A stretch of 64,000 bases of DNA from Calditrichia bacterium (GTDB lineage Bacteria > Calditrichota > Calditrichia > JAJRVZ01): the NCBI GenBank assembly GCA_963796965.1, contig CAWCNS010000011.1, positions 704,001-768,000 on the forward strand, read 5' to 3'. The first letter of the stretch is position 1. Every line of letters begins with the position of its first letter. Position numbers and translations under genes: made by a program. Below the pieces are notes generated by a model, which was not told where the DNA came from, searched no databases, and saw only the letters and a list, made by a program, of their open reading frames with translations. Below, piece after piece: positions 22,907 to 34,040 of the stretch.

Positions 22907-22943
22907 TTTTAACTTTAAACTTTAAACTTTGAACTGAGAACTT
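22907..22943. repeat. Heptamer array (TTTnAAC) abutting the sucC stop
   Basis: TTTTAAC TTTAAAC TTTAAAC TTTGAAC TGAGAAC. Confidence 0.75.
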
Positions 22944-24107
22944 TTAGATCTTTAATGTGTTTACAACTTTTTCAGCCGCATCTTCCAGGTTTTTTGCTAC
23001 AATGCAATCCATGGCAGATTTTTCCAATAACACAGCGGCCTCTTTTGCATTTGTGCCTTCAAGCCTTACAACAACAGGGACATTAATGTCCACCGTATTT
23101 GCGGCTTCAATAACCCCTTTGGCCACTCGATCACAACGGACGATGCCACCGAATATATTAATCAAAATGGCTTTTACATTCTTATCTGATAAAATGATTT
23201 TAAATCCATCACGAACGGTATCGACATTTGCTCCACCGCCCACATCAAGAAAGTTGGCTGGTTCTCCACCGGATAATTTTATAATATCCATCGTAGACAT
23301 GGCCAACCCAGCACCATTTACCATACAACCAACATTTCCATCTAACTTGATATAGTTAAGATCATATTTTGATGCTTCAACTTCCAGAGCATCCTCTTCA
23401 TCCAGGTCTCTCATGTCTGAATATTCTTTATGGCGGTAATCTGCATTATCATCAAAATTAATTTTTGCATCTAAGGCAACTACCTGCCCATCTCTGGTAA
23501 TAATCAGGGGATTGATTTCTGCCAACGAAGCGTCTGTCTCAATAAACGCTTTGTAGAGAGACATCATAAATTTAACGGCATTGCCAACCTGTTTACCCTC
23601 CAGTCCTAATCCAAAGGCCAACTTACGTGCCTGGAAGGGCATTAATCCCAGCGCCGGATCAATCCATTCTTTTAAAATCTTTTCTGGTGTTTCAGCGGCA
23701 ACTTTTTCAATTTCCACCCCGCCCTCCGTACTGGCCATCATAACCAGTTTTGAGACCGCTCTATCCAAAACCATTCCCAGATATAATTCACGTGCGATAT
23801 CCATTCCTTCTTCAATGAGTAGTTTTTTTACAATTCTACCCTCGGGGCCGGTCTGATGTGTGACCAGGTTCATGCCTAAAATTTCACGGGCCAGTTGGCG
23901 TACTTCGTCTCGGGATCGGGCTAACTTCACCCCTCCACCTTTTCCCCTTCCGCCGGCATGAATTTGTGCTTTTATAACGACAACCTCAGTACCAAGATCC
24001 TTGGCAATGGTTACAGCCTCATCTACACTAAAAGCTACCTTTCCGCGCGGGACAGGGACATTATATTTTCTTAATATTTCTTTGGCCTGATATTCATGAA
24101 TTTTCAT
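22944..24107 (-). CDS. sucC: Succinyl-CoA synthetase beta subunit
   Basis: [47 protein letters not shown]. Confidence 0.97.
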   Translation of the reverse strand: MKIHEYQAKEILRKYNVPVPRGKVAFSVDEAVTIAKDLGTEVVVIKAQIHAGGRGKGGGVKLARSRDEVRQLAREILGMNLVTHQTGPEGRIVKKLLIEEGMDIARELYLGMVLDRAVSKLVMMASTEGGVEIEKVAAETPEKILKEWIDPALGLMPFQARKLAFGLGLEGKQVGNAVKFMMSLYKAFIETDASLAEINPLIITRDGQVVALDAKINFDDNADYRHKEYSDMRDLDEEDALEVEASKYDLNYIKLDGNVGCMVNGAGLAMSTMDIIKLSGGEPANFLDVGGGANVDTVRDGFKIILSDKNVKAILINIFGGIVRCDRVAKGVIEAANTVDINVPVVVRLEGTNAKEAAVLLEKSAMDCIVAKNLEDAAEKVVNTLKI

Positions 24108-24174
24108 GAAGCACTCCCTACTTAAAATTAAAATTGGTTAATAAAAAGTCTGATTACGAAGCGCATATATGATT

Positions 24175-25125
24175 TTAGTGAACCGTAATAATCGTACCGG
24201 ACTCTCCGGCAAGAGCCATTAAGGCCTTGTCTATTGAAGTGATGATAACTTTTTCACCACCAGAATCAAGGAAATTAATCGCAGCTTCAATTTTAGGCCC
24301 CATACTTCCTTTAGGAAACTGTCCATCGTTAAGGTAGCGTCGCGCCTCAGGCAGCGTCATAGCATCCAGATTTTTTTGATCTGGTTTCTTATAATTTAAT
24401 GCGACCTGATCTACCCCAGTCAAAATTAGCAATTCCTGTGCATTTATATCGCGGGCAAGAACAGCAGATGCCAAATCCTTGTCAATAACACCATCGACAC
24501 CCTCCAACCACCCCGTTCCTTCCCGATAGACAGGTATTCCACCACCACCTGCTGCAATTACTATTATGTCTTTATCAACAAGGAGTTTAATGATTTCTTT
24601 CTCAACGATTTGCCTGGGGATAGGAGATGGAACGACACGCCGAAATCCACGACCAGGATCCTCTTTCATAATCCATCCCCGTTCCTCCTCTAACTTTTTC
24701 ACCTGATCGTTTTTAAAAAATGGGCCGACAAACTTAGTGGGATTAAGAATAGAGGGGTCTTCTTTATCTACCAATACTTGCGTTAAAACAGTTATAACCT
24801 GCCGGGGTAGTCCGCGATCATGGAGTTTGTTCTGCAAACATTGTTCAATCATGTATCCCATTCCACCTTCTAAATCTGCCACAATTATTCCAAGGGGCAA
24901 TGGGGGCACCAGGTGGCGTGTTTCTTCAACTCGAACTAAAGCATTTCCAACCTGCGGGCCATTACCATGCGTTATAACGACCCGGTACCCCTTTCGGATA
25001 TATGCTACAACACTCCGAAGACTACGCCGTGTATTTTCAAATTGCTGGGTAATGCTACCTTCTTCAAACTCCCTGGTGATGGCATTACCACCCAATGCAA
25101 CAACCACTGTTTTTTCCCGCATCAT
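24175..25125 (-). CDS. arcC: Carbamate kinase
   Basis: VALGGNA, THGNGPQVG, PTKFVGP, RRVVPSP, GGGGIPV, VIDKD, GSMGPKIEA. Confidence 0.96.
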   Translation of the reverse strand: MMREKTVVVALGGNAITREFEEGSITQQFENTRRSLRSVVAYIRKGYRVVITHGNGPQVGNALVRVEETRHLVPPLPLGIIVADLEGGMGYMIEQCLQNKLHDRGLPRQVITVLTQVLVDKEDPSILNPTKFVGPFFKNDQVKKLEEERGWIMKEDPGRGFRRVVPSPIPRQIVEKEIIKLLVDKDIIVIAAGGGGIPVYREGTGWLEGVDGVIDKDLASAVLARDINAQELLILTGVDQVALNYKKPDQKNLDAMTLPEARRYLNDGQFPKGSMGPKIEAAINFLDSGGEKVIITSIDKALMALAGESGTIITVH

Positions 25126-25170
25126 AGCCTTTCATCGATTGATGCAGATGCAAGAATTAAATTTAAGTTT

Positions 25171-26486
25171 TTAAAGAATTTTTTGCAAGGCATCTGACAA
25201 CGTCGGTTGACCAATTTCCTGCAATTCATAATAAACACGTAAAGCTGGTTTACTTATTGTTATAATTTTTCGCAGATCAATCGGGGTACCAATTATAACC
25301 AGTTCAGCATCTGAATTCTCAATGGTCGTTTCCAGATCTTTCATTTGTCCATTACCATAGCCCATAGCAGGGAGCAGCGTGCCAATCTCGGGATATTTTT
25401 CAAATGTTTCGGTAATGCTGCCGACAGTAAATGGACGGGGGTCAACCAATCTCTGAAGCGCCATATTTTTCTGCGGCTACAATTCCTGCACCAAACGTCA
25501 TTTCACCATGGGTCAGGGTTGGACCGTCTTCTACTACCATAACCCGCTTTCCTTTAATCAGCTCAAACTGATCTACGAAAATGGGAGAAGCCGCGTCAAT
25601 GACCATGGCTTTTGGATTAACCTGATTGATATTTTCCCTCACCTCGAGAATATCATCAGGATCAGCGGAATCAATTTTATTAATTATGATCGATGTCCGC
25701 CATGCGCAAATTTGCTTCTCCTGGATAATAGAACAACTCATCACCTGGACGATGCGGATCAACTAAGACAATATGCAGGTCCGGTTTGTAAAACGGTAGA
25801 TCATTATTACCACCATCCCACAAAATAACATCCGCTTCTTTTTCAGCTTCTTTTAAGATAGCCTCATAATCAACCCCGGCATAAATGACGGTTCCCGATA
25901 CGATATGTGGTTCATATTCTTCCCGCTCCTCAATCGTACAATCATGTTTGTCCAAATCCTCAAGAGAGGCAAAACGCTGTACCTTTTGGGCGACCAGATC
26001 CCCATAGGGCATGGGATGTCGAATGGCCACAACTTTTTTTCCACTCTCTTGTAGGAGTTTACTCACTTTTCTGGTAGTCTGACTTTTACCACAACCAGTC
26101 CGGACGGCACATACAGAGACAACCGGCTTACTGCTCTTTATCATGGTTTTGGATGGCCCAAGCAATTTAAAATCCGCCCCGGCCGAATTAACTAATGCTG
26201 ATTTATTCATCACATAGTCATAAGGTACATCACTATAAGCAAAGACGACTTCATCGACATTATATTTATGTATAAGATCCACTAACTCTTTCTCCGGGTA
26301 AATGTTGATACCCTGAGGATACAGATCTCCGGCCAGCTCAGCCGGATACTTTCGTCCGTCAATATTAGGTATCTGGGTGGCTGTAAATGCAACAACCTCG
26401 TATTTTTCATTACCCCGATAAAAGGTGTTAAAATTATGAAAATCACGGCCCGCAGCACCCATAATCAATACTTTAATTCGTTCCAT
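25171..26486 (-). CDS. arcE: Arginine synthetase ArcE-like P-loop NTPase (family often annotated as GTPase or cyclic 2,3-diphosphoglycerate synthetase); 2 frameshifts
   Basis: MGAAGRDFHNFN, AFTATQIP, VRTGCGKS (P-loop), RHPMPYG, TIEEREEYE, WDGGNND, VEDGPTLTHGEM, LPAMGY across 3 ORFs; directly upstream of arcC. Confidence 0.72.
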
Positions 26487-26545
26487 TAAAACCTCCTTAA
26501 ATATTTATAATTTAAATTCGATTTTGTTCAACCAATAAACCAATT

Positions 26546-26682
26546 TCTCACGCAAAGGCGCAAAGACGCCAAGAAAAGATAAATTATATATATTTTTTTT
26601 AAATGTACCTATCCATTAAAAATTCTTGACTAAATCCATAGATATAAAATATTTACCTTTGCGTCTCTGCGTCTTTGCGAGA
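26546..26682. repeat. Periodic inverted-arm intergenic element (CGCAAAG units)
   Basis: TCTC-ACGCAAAG-GCGCAAAG-ACGCCAAG ... CTTTGCGT-CTCTGCGT-CTTTGCGAGA. Confidence 0.8.
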
Positions 26683-26710
26683 ATTAAATGCATCACAATT
26701 CTTGACTGAT

Positions 26711-26735
26711 AAAAAAAAGGGCTTTCACCTTTTTA
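26711..26735 (-). terminator. Probable intrinsic terminator after pruA
   Basis: Minus strand reads TAAAAAGGT-GAAA-GCCC-TTTTTTTT: a short GNRA-loop hairpin plus U8, overlapping the stop codon. Confidence 0.5.
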
Positions 26736-28358
26736 TTTCATAAACGGATAGGTCCAGTCTTCGGGCGGTACTAATGTTTCTTTAATGGTTCTTGCCGTCA
26801 TCCATCTTAAAATATTCATGGCACTTCCCGCTTTATCATTGGTTCCGGAGGCCCGGCCACCACCAAATGGTTGTTGTCCAACAACAGCTGCCGTTGGTTT
26901 GTCATTAATATAAAAATTGCCTGCCGCATTACGTAATCGATTGGACATGGTTACCAGGGCATCACGATCCTGGGCCCATATGGCTCCAGTGAGAGCATAA
27001 GGAGAGGTTTCATCACATAAGGTTAATGCCTCTTCAAATTCCTCGTCCTCATAGACATAAATAGTTAGTACCGGACCAAAGATCTCTTCTTCCATTGTTT
27101 TAAATCGGGGATCAGTCGTAACAATAGTTGTCGGTTCTATAAAATAGCCCTTTGAATCATCATACTTTCCACCGGTTAGAATCTTAGCATCTTCCGAATC
27201 ATTCGCAAAATCAATGTAACCTGTTATCGTATCAAAGGCCCCCTTATCGATAACAGCCGTAAAGAAATTTTTAAAATCTGTTGGTTCACCCATCTTAATC
27301 TTGCCAACCTCTAGTTTATACAGTGTCTCAAATTCTCCCCAAAGTGAACGTGGAATGTACATCCTAGATGCCGCAGAACACTTTTGTCCCTGGTATTCAA
27401 ACGCACCTCTAATAGCCGCCGTAACTAATGGTTTAACCCTTGTAGAGGGATGAACAAAAATAAAATCCTTACCACCTGTTTCACCAACGATTCTTGGATA
27501 ATATTTCATTTTAGAAATGTTTTCACCAACGGTGCGCCACATACTCTGAAAGACCTCCGTAGAGCCGGTAAAATGGATTCCAGCCAGATCAGCACTGGCC
27601 ATTACCGGATTTCCCACTTCCCCCCCAGATCCGGGGATAAAATTGATTACGCCATCAGGTAGACCTGCTTCTTTGAGTAATTCCATTAAAAAATAGGCAG
27701 AATAAACAGCACTGGAAGCGGGTTTCCACAAAGATACGTTCCCGACAATTGCCGGGGCGGTTGGAAGATTTCCGGCAATTGATGTAAAATTAAAAGGTGT
27801 TACGGCAAAGACAAATCCTTCCAGGGGGCGATATTCTAATCGGTTCCACATCCCGGGAGGCGAATAAGGCTGTTCGGACATAAGATCTGTCATATAGCTG
27901 GCATTAAAACGCCAAAAATCACAAAGTTCTGCAACCGCATCAATTTCCGATTGATAAACCGTTTTTGATTGTCCTAACATCGTCGCAGCATTTAAAGTCG
28001 AGCGCCAGGGTCCGGCTAATAAATCTGCTGCTTTCAAAAAAATTGATGCACGGTGCTCCCAGGGCATCTCTGCCCAGGATTTTCTTGCTTCTAGAGCAGC
28101 CTCGATAGCCAGATCCACTTCCTTTTTGCCTGACTTGTGATAGGTGCCGAGGAGTATATTATGGTTGTGGGGTGCTCTGATTTCGACTGTCGCACCGGTT
28201 TTTATAGGTTTTCCACCAATTATAAGAGGGATCTCAATTTCATCTGCCTGCATGGCATCTAATCTATCTAATAATTCATCCCGTTCACTCGATCCAGGTT
28301 CATAATTAAGGACCGGCTCATTGTAAGGTTCAGGTACCTGAAAATATGCATTGCTCAT
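26733..28358 (-). CDS. pruA: L-glutamate gamma-semialdehyde (P5C) dehydrogenase
   Basis: EIDAVAELCDF, PFNFTSIAGNL, FTGST, GETGGKDF, YQGQKCSA, EEIFGP, NDKPT, QQPFGG.RASGTNDK. Confidence 0.95.
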   Translation of the reverse strand: MSNAYFQVPEPYNEPVLNYEPGSSERDELLDRLDAMQADEIEIPLIIGGKPIKTGATVEIRAPHNHNILLGTYHKSGKKEVDLAIEAALEARKSWAEMPWEHRASIFLKAADLLAGPWRSTLNAATMLGQSKTVYQSEIDAVAELCDFWRFNASYMTDLMSEQPYSPPGMWNRLEYRPLEGFVFAVTPFNFTSIAGNLPTAPAIVGNVSLWKPASSAVYSAYFLMELLKEAGLPDGVINFIPGSGGEVGNPVMASADLAGIHFTGSTEVFQSMWRTVGENISKMKYYPRIVGETGGKDFIFVHPSTRVKPLVTAAIRGAFEYQGQKCSAASRMYIPRSLWGEFETLYKLEVGKIKMGEPTDFKNFFTAVIDKGAFDTITGYIDFANDSEDAKILTGGKYDDSKGYFIEPTTIVTTDPRFKTMEEEIFGPVLTIYVYEDEEFEEALTLCDETSPYALTGAIWAQDRDALVTMSNRLRNAAGNFYINDKPTAAVVGQQPFGGGRASGTNDKAGSAMNILRWMTARTIKETLVPPEDWTYPFMK

Positions 28359-28567
28359 GTATCGTTCTCCTTCTAATAGAAGTGTTATTTTGCCGTATTT
28401 ACAAATGAAGAATGATTAACTTTTAGAAAAACACTATCAATAAATATACCATCGGCTTTACTGAAAATCAACCGAAAACAGGCCATTTTTTGCCATATCT
28501 ATCTTATTGTATTTTAGTGCTTTACATTGGGTGGTTTTATATATGCAGAATAGTAAATATTTATGCA

Positions 28568-29109
28568 TTATTTTATGATGGAATAACAAAAACAATCACG
28601 AGGTTTTTCACCAAATTGAGGAAGAGTTAACCAACTTCTTAGGACACCCTCACATTGCATGCCACATTTTTCCATTACATTTTTTGATGCGGTATTCTCA
28701 ACATCACAAAATGCCCACACCCGGTAAATATCATTTTGCAGAAAAGCCCATTCGATTATCAATCGAAGTGCTTCCGTCATGTATCCATTACCCCAGAAGG
28801 ATCTGGCTAAAACATATCCCAGGCAGACACCGGAATGATCAATAGAGGTTATCTCAACCATTCCTAATAACTGATTGTCAGATTTTCGTATTATCGTCCA
28901 GGGAAAGCTTCGTCTTTCTGCCATGTTAGAACACACCGTTTAATAAAAGAACGGGTTTCTTTTATTGATTTGTGGGGTTGCCAGGTTAAAAATTTTGTAA
29001 TCACTTTATCCTGAGCATATAAATCAAAAATTGTCGAGGCGTCTTCAAGTACTGGTTTTCTTAATACCAGACGATCGGCGCTCAATAAATCAGGAGGTTT
29101 CCTGGGCAT
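28568..29109 (-). CDS. GNAT N-acetyltransferase, RimJ/RimL family (one frameshift)
   Basis: DRLVLRKP...DA; LGYVLARSFWGNGYMTEA; N.AS..VMEKCGM..EG.LR. Confidence 0.88.
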
Positions 29110-29118
29110 ATTATCTCC

Positions 29119-30852
29119 TTATAACTTTTGAGCCAGGATTACCGTTGTTTTTAATTCATGTAACGTACCCCGGCGATCGTTTAAAACCTGGATATAGACA
29201 ATATAAATTCCAATGCGAGCCCGTTTCCCAGAATCATCTTTTCCATCCCAGACGATATTGAACTGGCTGCCCGTAAATCTATTTTCCTTCAGACTTCTGA
29301 TCTTCCTTCCTCTCACATCAAATATCAGCACTCTAATTCTGCCACTTGTTTCAGGGATGCTACCAGTGATTAGGGTTCTATCATCGATGCCATCACCATC
29401 GGGAGAAAAAGGATCGGGCCTGGCTATTAGTTTTCCCCGAATCTGGGTTAAAGAGGAAAAAATGCTATTTCGGTATCCGGGTGTCGCATCCATTTCATCT
29501 ATGCTCGGACCCCAGTTCTCTGCAACATTCGCTGCCAAAATTGGATTGATCTTCTCCAGACTTGGATTTCTGAAAGCCTCCCCTTCCAACCAGTCTGACT
29601 CATAGATAATCCTCTCAATTTCATCACCATTTGGTGCGATAAGGCGAATTTCATCACCCTGATCATTAAAAGTAATAAATTTTTTTAAAAGAACTAAATG
29701 ATCTTCAGATATTTGATATTTGAGGGGCAGGGGTTTCTTCGAAATAACCATATATTCGGAAGGTGAAATATAAACCGAAGAGTCTATCAAGACCGTATCG
29801 TTCTTATCTGCAATTGACCATCCCTTCAAATACACCTCCTCTTGTCCTAGATTATAGAGTTCCAGCCACTCCGACTCATTTATGCCCTCAAGAAACTTAA
29901 TCTCATTGACAATCAAATCGCCCCCGCTATTCAACACTTCTAACGCTCGAACCAGTTTATCATTTTCAGTGTTTTGATCCTTATCAAATCGAAGTTCTAT
30001 GACTAGAAAATTGAGCCCCGTAGGAATATCAGTCCATTCAAATTCGATCACTTGTGCGAAAGTGAAGACTGTCTCCCTTCCGATTATCCTATCCTCTTCC
30101 TGGAAAATCGAATCATTATTCATATCAGAAAACACAAGTATTTCCATACTATCGGAGAGGGTAGCGGTGCCATATTGGTTGATTTGAACAGAAATTATTA
30201 CAGGCATTCCAGTATAAATTTTCTCCGGAAGCATCAAAGACAAGGCATCAAAACCAAAGTCATAAGGAATAGGAGAAACAGAATTTTGATAGCCTGGGGT
30301 CCCTCCATCCCTTTCACTGTCTGCCCAGTTATCAGGGTCGTTTGTACCATCAAGGTCTATTTTTTCATCTGACCGGCCAGGGATATTTCCAGTGGAATAG
30401 GAATAGAATGTCACGATATTTCCTGAGGAGTCCCTAAGTGTCAGATATTCCGAACCTGAATTTGACAATCCATTCTTACCAAAGGAGTTATCTGAAATGG
30501 TCAGGATTACAACACTATCAGGAATTATCTCATCATATATATTCGAATTTGTCAAATACGAACCATCAAGAATAATTGCATACGAGCGCGGGGGTATTTT
30601 CATACCACCCCTGATAGATACTATATTGTCGACACCTGCCTCGTCGCTAAATTGAAAACCACTCACATCAACTGAATCGGAAATGGAGCGATTAAATATT
30701 TCAATAAATTCATCATGATATTCATTGGTCGCAACATCATACATTATCTCTGAAAAAGTTAATTGAGCGAACGCAACCCTGAGAATGCATATGGGAAGAA
30801 TAATATAAAATTTAAATGACCAAAGCCCTTGCATAATATGAGCTTCATACAA
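29119..30852 (-). CDS. Secreted lamin-tail-domain protein with C-terminal FlgD-Ig/gliding-type sorting domain
   Basis: Two LTD starts (FSEIMYD...EFIEIFN; VNEI...EWLELYN), TPGYQNS/TPGYRNS, PDPFSPDGDGIDD...IFDVRGR...WDGKD...GIYIV. Confidence 0.82.
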   Translation of the reverse strand: MYEAHIMQGLWSFKFYIILPICILRVAFAQLTFSEIMYDVATNEYHDEFIEIFNRSISDSVDVSGFQFSDEAGVDNIVSIRGGMKIPPRSYAIILDGSYLTNSNIYDEIIPDSVVILTISDNSFGKNGLSNSGSEYLTLRDSSGNIVTFYSYSTGNIPGRSDEKIDLDGTNDPDNWADSERDGGTPGYQNSVSPIPYDFGFDALSLMLPEKIYTGMPVIISVQINQYGTATLSDSMEILVFSDMNNDSIFQEEDRIIGRETVFTFAQVIEFEWTDIPTGLNFLVIELRFDKDQNTENDKLVRALEVLNSGGDLIVNEIKFLEGINESEWLELYNLGQEEVYLKGWSIADKNDTVLIDSSVYISPSEYMVISKKPLPLKYQISEDHLVLLKKFITFNDQGDEIRLIAPNGDEIERIIYESDWLEGEAFRNPSLEKINPILAANVAENWGPSIDEMDATPGYRNSIFSSLTQIRGKLIARPDPFSPDGDGIDDRTLITGSIPETSGRIRVLIFDVRGRKIRSLKENRFTGSQFNIVWDGKDDSGKRARIGIYIVYIQVLNDRRGTLHELKTTVILAQKL

Positions 30853-31008
30853 AATCTATACCAAAAATTTTTGAGGACTTTCCTTTCCTCTCCGAATCAA
30901 ACAAATAATTTGCTTGCTATCGCAAATTCATTTTTATAGTTTCTTTTATAACGTGAAGGATACCGGGTCATGAGTGATGTATTCATCGATCATACCAAAG
31001 AGGCATAT

Positions 31009-31819
31009 ATGAAATTTTACATTCCCTTACTCATAATTTTTTTACTTACATCCTGCACTTCAACCCAAAAAGTGGCCGAATACAGAAATGCAGAATTCAG
31101 CAAGAGCAATTATTATGAGACTTTTAAATTTTGGCGGGAATTAGACATATGGAGATTCGAAGAGGATCTGTTAAACATAAAAATAGGAATTGTTCCTGAA
31201 AATCTATCCAATTTCAGATCTAAAAAGTCAATCATATTTACAGACCATTTATGATAGTATTCAGGTTTTGATCAAAGAAAAAGATGAAGCGTTCCGTGAA
31301 TTTAAAAAGGAATATTTTGACACGACCGAACAGGGGAAAACAAGTTTATTTAACTACCTGAGATCTGATAGCACTGACCTTCTCTTCTTGACCGAATTAA
31401 AAGATGATCCCTATAATGTTTTATATGAAGATATAAGAATAAGGACAACATCTGTCCTTCAAAAAACTTCATTTTATTTTTCGCAGAAAAATTTTGAAGA
31501 CTATATACAAAATCGCTCCTTCACTGTTTGTGAAGAGCGAGAACTCATTCAAATCTTTGGAAACAGTACCTTAACACCGGAGAGTATCTCCAAAAATCAT
31601 TGGCATCTATTGGCAGAACAAAAAGTAAGTTTCATAATAATGTTTACGATTAATTTTTCTGCGGATTACAGCGAGGAAGCAGGGGAACGAATCGGTTCTG
31701 AAATAATAGTGATGAAACTTTTGGATGTTTATTCCGGCAAAATAATTACATCTGCCGAGATTACACATTTTTGGGGGCACGATATGGAAGGTGTGATTAA
31801 ATCAAATGATGCTTCTTAA
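31009..31819 (+). CDS. Hypothetical lipoprotein (one frameshift near 31230)
   Basis: MKFYIPLLIIFLLTSC lipobox; overlapping ORFs 30970-31254 and 31190-31819 join with one indel. Confidence 0.6.
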
Positions 31820-31821
31820 TT

Positions 31822-33975
31822 TTAGGCCAGACCTTTACGCTTTCGAATCAACCATTCTGCAACAAGCAGAACAATTATCAGAACCAGCATCGGCCAGCGA
31901 TTCCAAAGTTCAATTGTCTTTTCCTCCGTCTTAATTTCAGACTTAAAATTTAACTGATTAATTAGTTGCTCCAACCGATCGACCGGCACATAATTTCCTC
32001 CAGTCGTAGCGGCCAATTGTTTGAGAAGCAATACGTTTTGTTTAATGTCCCGGAACTCCTGATTTACCGGAATTGCTATCAGTTCAATTTTATCTTCTCC
32101 AAGTTTCACATCATTTCGCCAGGCCTGGGCCTCAACCAGGTACTTACCGGGGGTCATAGGTATAAAAGTCCCCTCATAGTTTCCCTCGTAAACAACCTCT
32201 GATTCAATCTCAAAGGTAGATGAAGGATTTGTAATTTTTGTACGGATCAAAGCATCCCCTATCGGCTTGTAAGTCCCATCGTATACCTGAGTTGTTAAAT
32301 GAATATTTTCCCCGACCTGGTAGGATTTGGATGGTGAGGAAATAATTACATTTTTGCTTAATACTTCACTATCCAGCCAGCGAATCATATTTTTGACCAT
32401 AATCTGCCAACTATCCCGGTAGGCTTGATCTTCCGAAAGAAGAAAATGCCATCGCCAGAACCCAGAGCCTAATAATAAAATGCTTTTATTGTCTCTCCCT
32501 TCAAAAACAGCAACAACAGGCAGGTTTTGATCTCCTGAGCTCTTTTTCCCAGAACTCTCGAGGAGTACCGTGACTGCAGGTCCAAAATTTACATCCATAA
32601 ATTCATAGCTAATAGGGGGAATTCTCGTCCAAAACTTATGCGCTTCATCCTCACTATTAAAAACATTAAGAAGGGGTATTGATTTTTCCGTAATGGAGGG
32701 GCTCGGTTGCATTTCGATGGCAGATCTGCTTTTTTTGATTGAAAGAATCGGGAAGATGGTTTGAAATGTCTTTAATACGGGGCCCGAGGGGACACGGGAG
32801 AGAATCACAAGTGTTGGTATCTTGGTCTTTGCGGCTTTTTTGAGGGCACTATCAAATCCGCTATTTTTACTGCCAGAAAAGGGATAATTATCCAGGACCA
32901 GAACATCAAGACTATCTAATATTTTTTCTGGTCTATTAAAATAATATTGATTATTCTTTTTAATTATGGATGATTTTAAATCTATTTCGTTAAGATTTGA
33001 TAATACAAATTGAAGGAATTTGTTTTCATTACCGGGGCTTGCACTAAAAAGCCCTACCTTTACTTTTCCCTTCAACACATCCATGGAAATAGTATATGAA
33101 TTGTTTTTAACAACCGCTTCTTTTGGTAAAGTCTCAACTTCTATTCGATATTGTACTAAACCCACTCTCTCAGGCGTGAGCTCAAATTCTGCGATGCTCG
33201 TTTCACCGCGCTTCCCCATTTGAATCTCCTGGGCCTGAAGTACTTTTCGCCCTGCCAACAATTTTACACGAACTTTCTGATCATCTATACCTCGCGCCAC
33301 GATATACGCTTTTATCTCGGTTGGTTGATTCTGATAAATGATCTGGTTTGTTTTAACATCTGGTATCAGGAGGTCTGGTGGATCAATCGTATCCCCAATG
33401 CCAACGGTAAATAATCTTATCTCGTTAAGCATTCTTGAATGTATCGGATTATCACCAGCCGTATAATTCCCATCTGTCAACACTATCAAATCTTTTATAT
33501 TGTCGGAGTATTTGAGAACAGAATTAATTGACCTTTCTATATTCGTTCCCAGATTCGTCGTATCCAATTCGAAGGAATTTAAATGTATCGTATCCATATC
33601 GAATGCATACAATAAAATATTCACCTGGTTATCTATTTTCTCTACGATTTTTTTTGCTGCAGATAAGGCTCTGTCAATTCTGCTCTCTGACTCTTCTTCC
33701 ATACCCATGGATGCCGACCGGTCTATGAGTATTGCGAGCTCCCCTCTCTCGCTAATTTGCCAGATTGCTGTAATCTCAGGTGCAAAGAAAAGCAGTAAAA
33801 TAGCTGCAATTGCCAATCCTCTTAAAATACCGAGAAATATTTGTAAAAATTGAGATATTGGTGGAACCGTTCTGCGGTATTGATAATAGGCGATTAATCC
33901 AGCGACAATCCCCACTATAATCAGAACAAATAATGATATATTGGAATGGAAAAACGAAGGTATTTGATCAAACAT
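31822..33975 (-). CDS. Membrane-anchored vWA-domain protein with Ig-like and glutamine-amidotransferase-like domains
   Basis: N-terminal TMs, MIDAS-like DRSASM / TN / LTDG, GFWRW, LAATTGG, C-terminal EWLIRKRKGL. Confidence 0.8.
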   Translation of the reverse strand: MFDQIPSFFHSNISLFVLIIVGIVAGLIAYYQYRRTVPPISQFLQIFLGILRGLAIAAILLLFFAPEITAIWQISERGELAILIDRSASMGMEEESESRIDRALSAAKKIVEKIDNQVNILLYAFDMDTIHLNSFELDTTNLGTNIERSINSVLKYSDNIKDLIVLTDGNYTAGDNPIHSRMLNEIRLFTVGIGDTIDPPDLLIPDVKTNQIIYQNQPTEIKAYIVARGIDDQKVRVKLLAGRKVLQAQEIQMGKRGETSIAEFELTPERVGLVQYRIEVETLPKEAVVKNNSYTISMDVLKGKVKVGLFSASPGNENKFLQFVLSNLNEIDLKSSIIKKNNQYYFNRPEKILDSLDVLVLDNYPFSGSKNSGFDSALKKAAKTKIPTLVILSRVPSGPVLKTFQTIFPILSIKKSRSAIEMQPSPSITEKSIPLLNVFNSEDEAHKFWTRIPPISYEFMDVNFGPAVTVLLESSGKKSSGDQNLPVVAVFEGRDNKSILLLGSGFWRWHFLLSEDQAYRDSWQIMVKNMIRWLDSEVLSKNVIISSPSKSYQVGENIHLTTQVYDGTYKPIGDALIRTKITNPSSTFEIESEVVYEGNYEGTFIPMTPGKYLVEAQAWRNDVKLGEDKIELIAIPVNQEFRDIKQNVLLLKQLAATTGGNYVPVDRLEQLINQLNFKSEIKTEEKTIELWNRWPMLVLIIVLLVAEWLIRKRKGLA

Positions 33976-34040
33976 TTATATTATTTCTAATCTCTAACAA
34001 AGTTTTCTGATATTTAGTATTCATTGTATGAAGATTCATT

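Noticed and set aside
25171..26486. Literal annotation as cyclic 2,3-diphosphoglycerate synthetase
   Set aside because: No 2-phosphoglycerate kinase nearby, and the linkage to carbamate kinase fits the ArcE family better.
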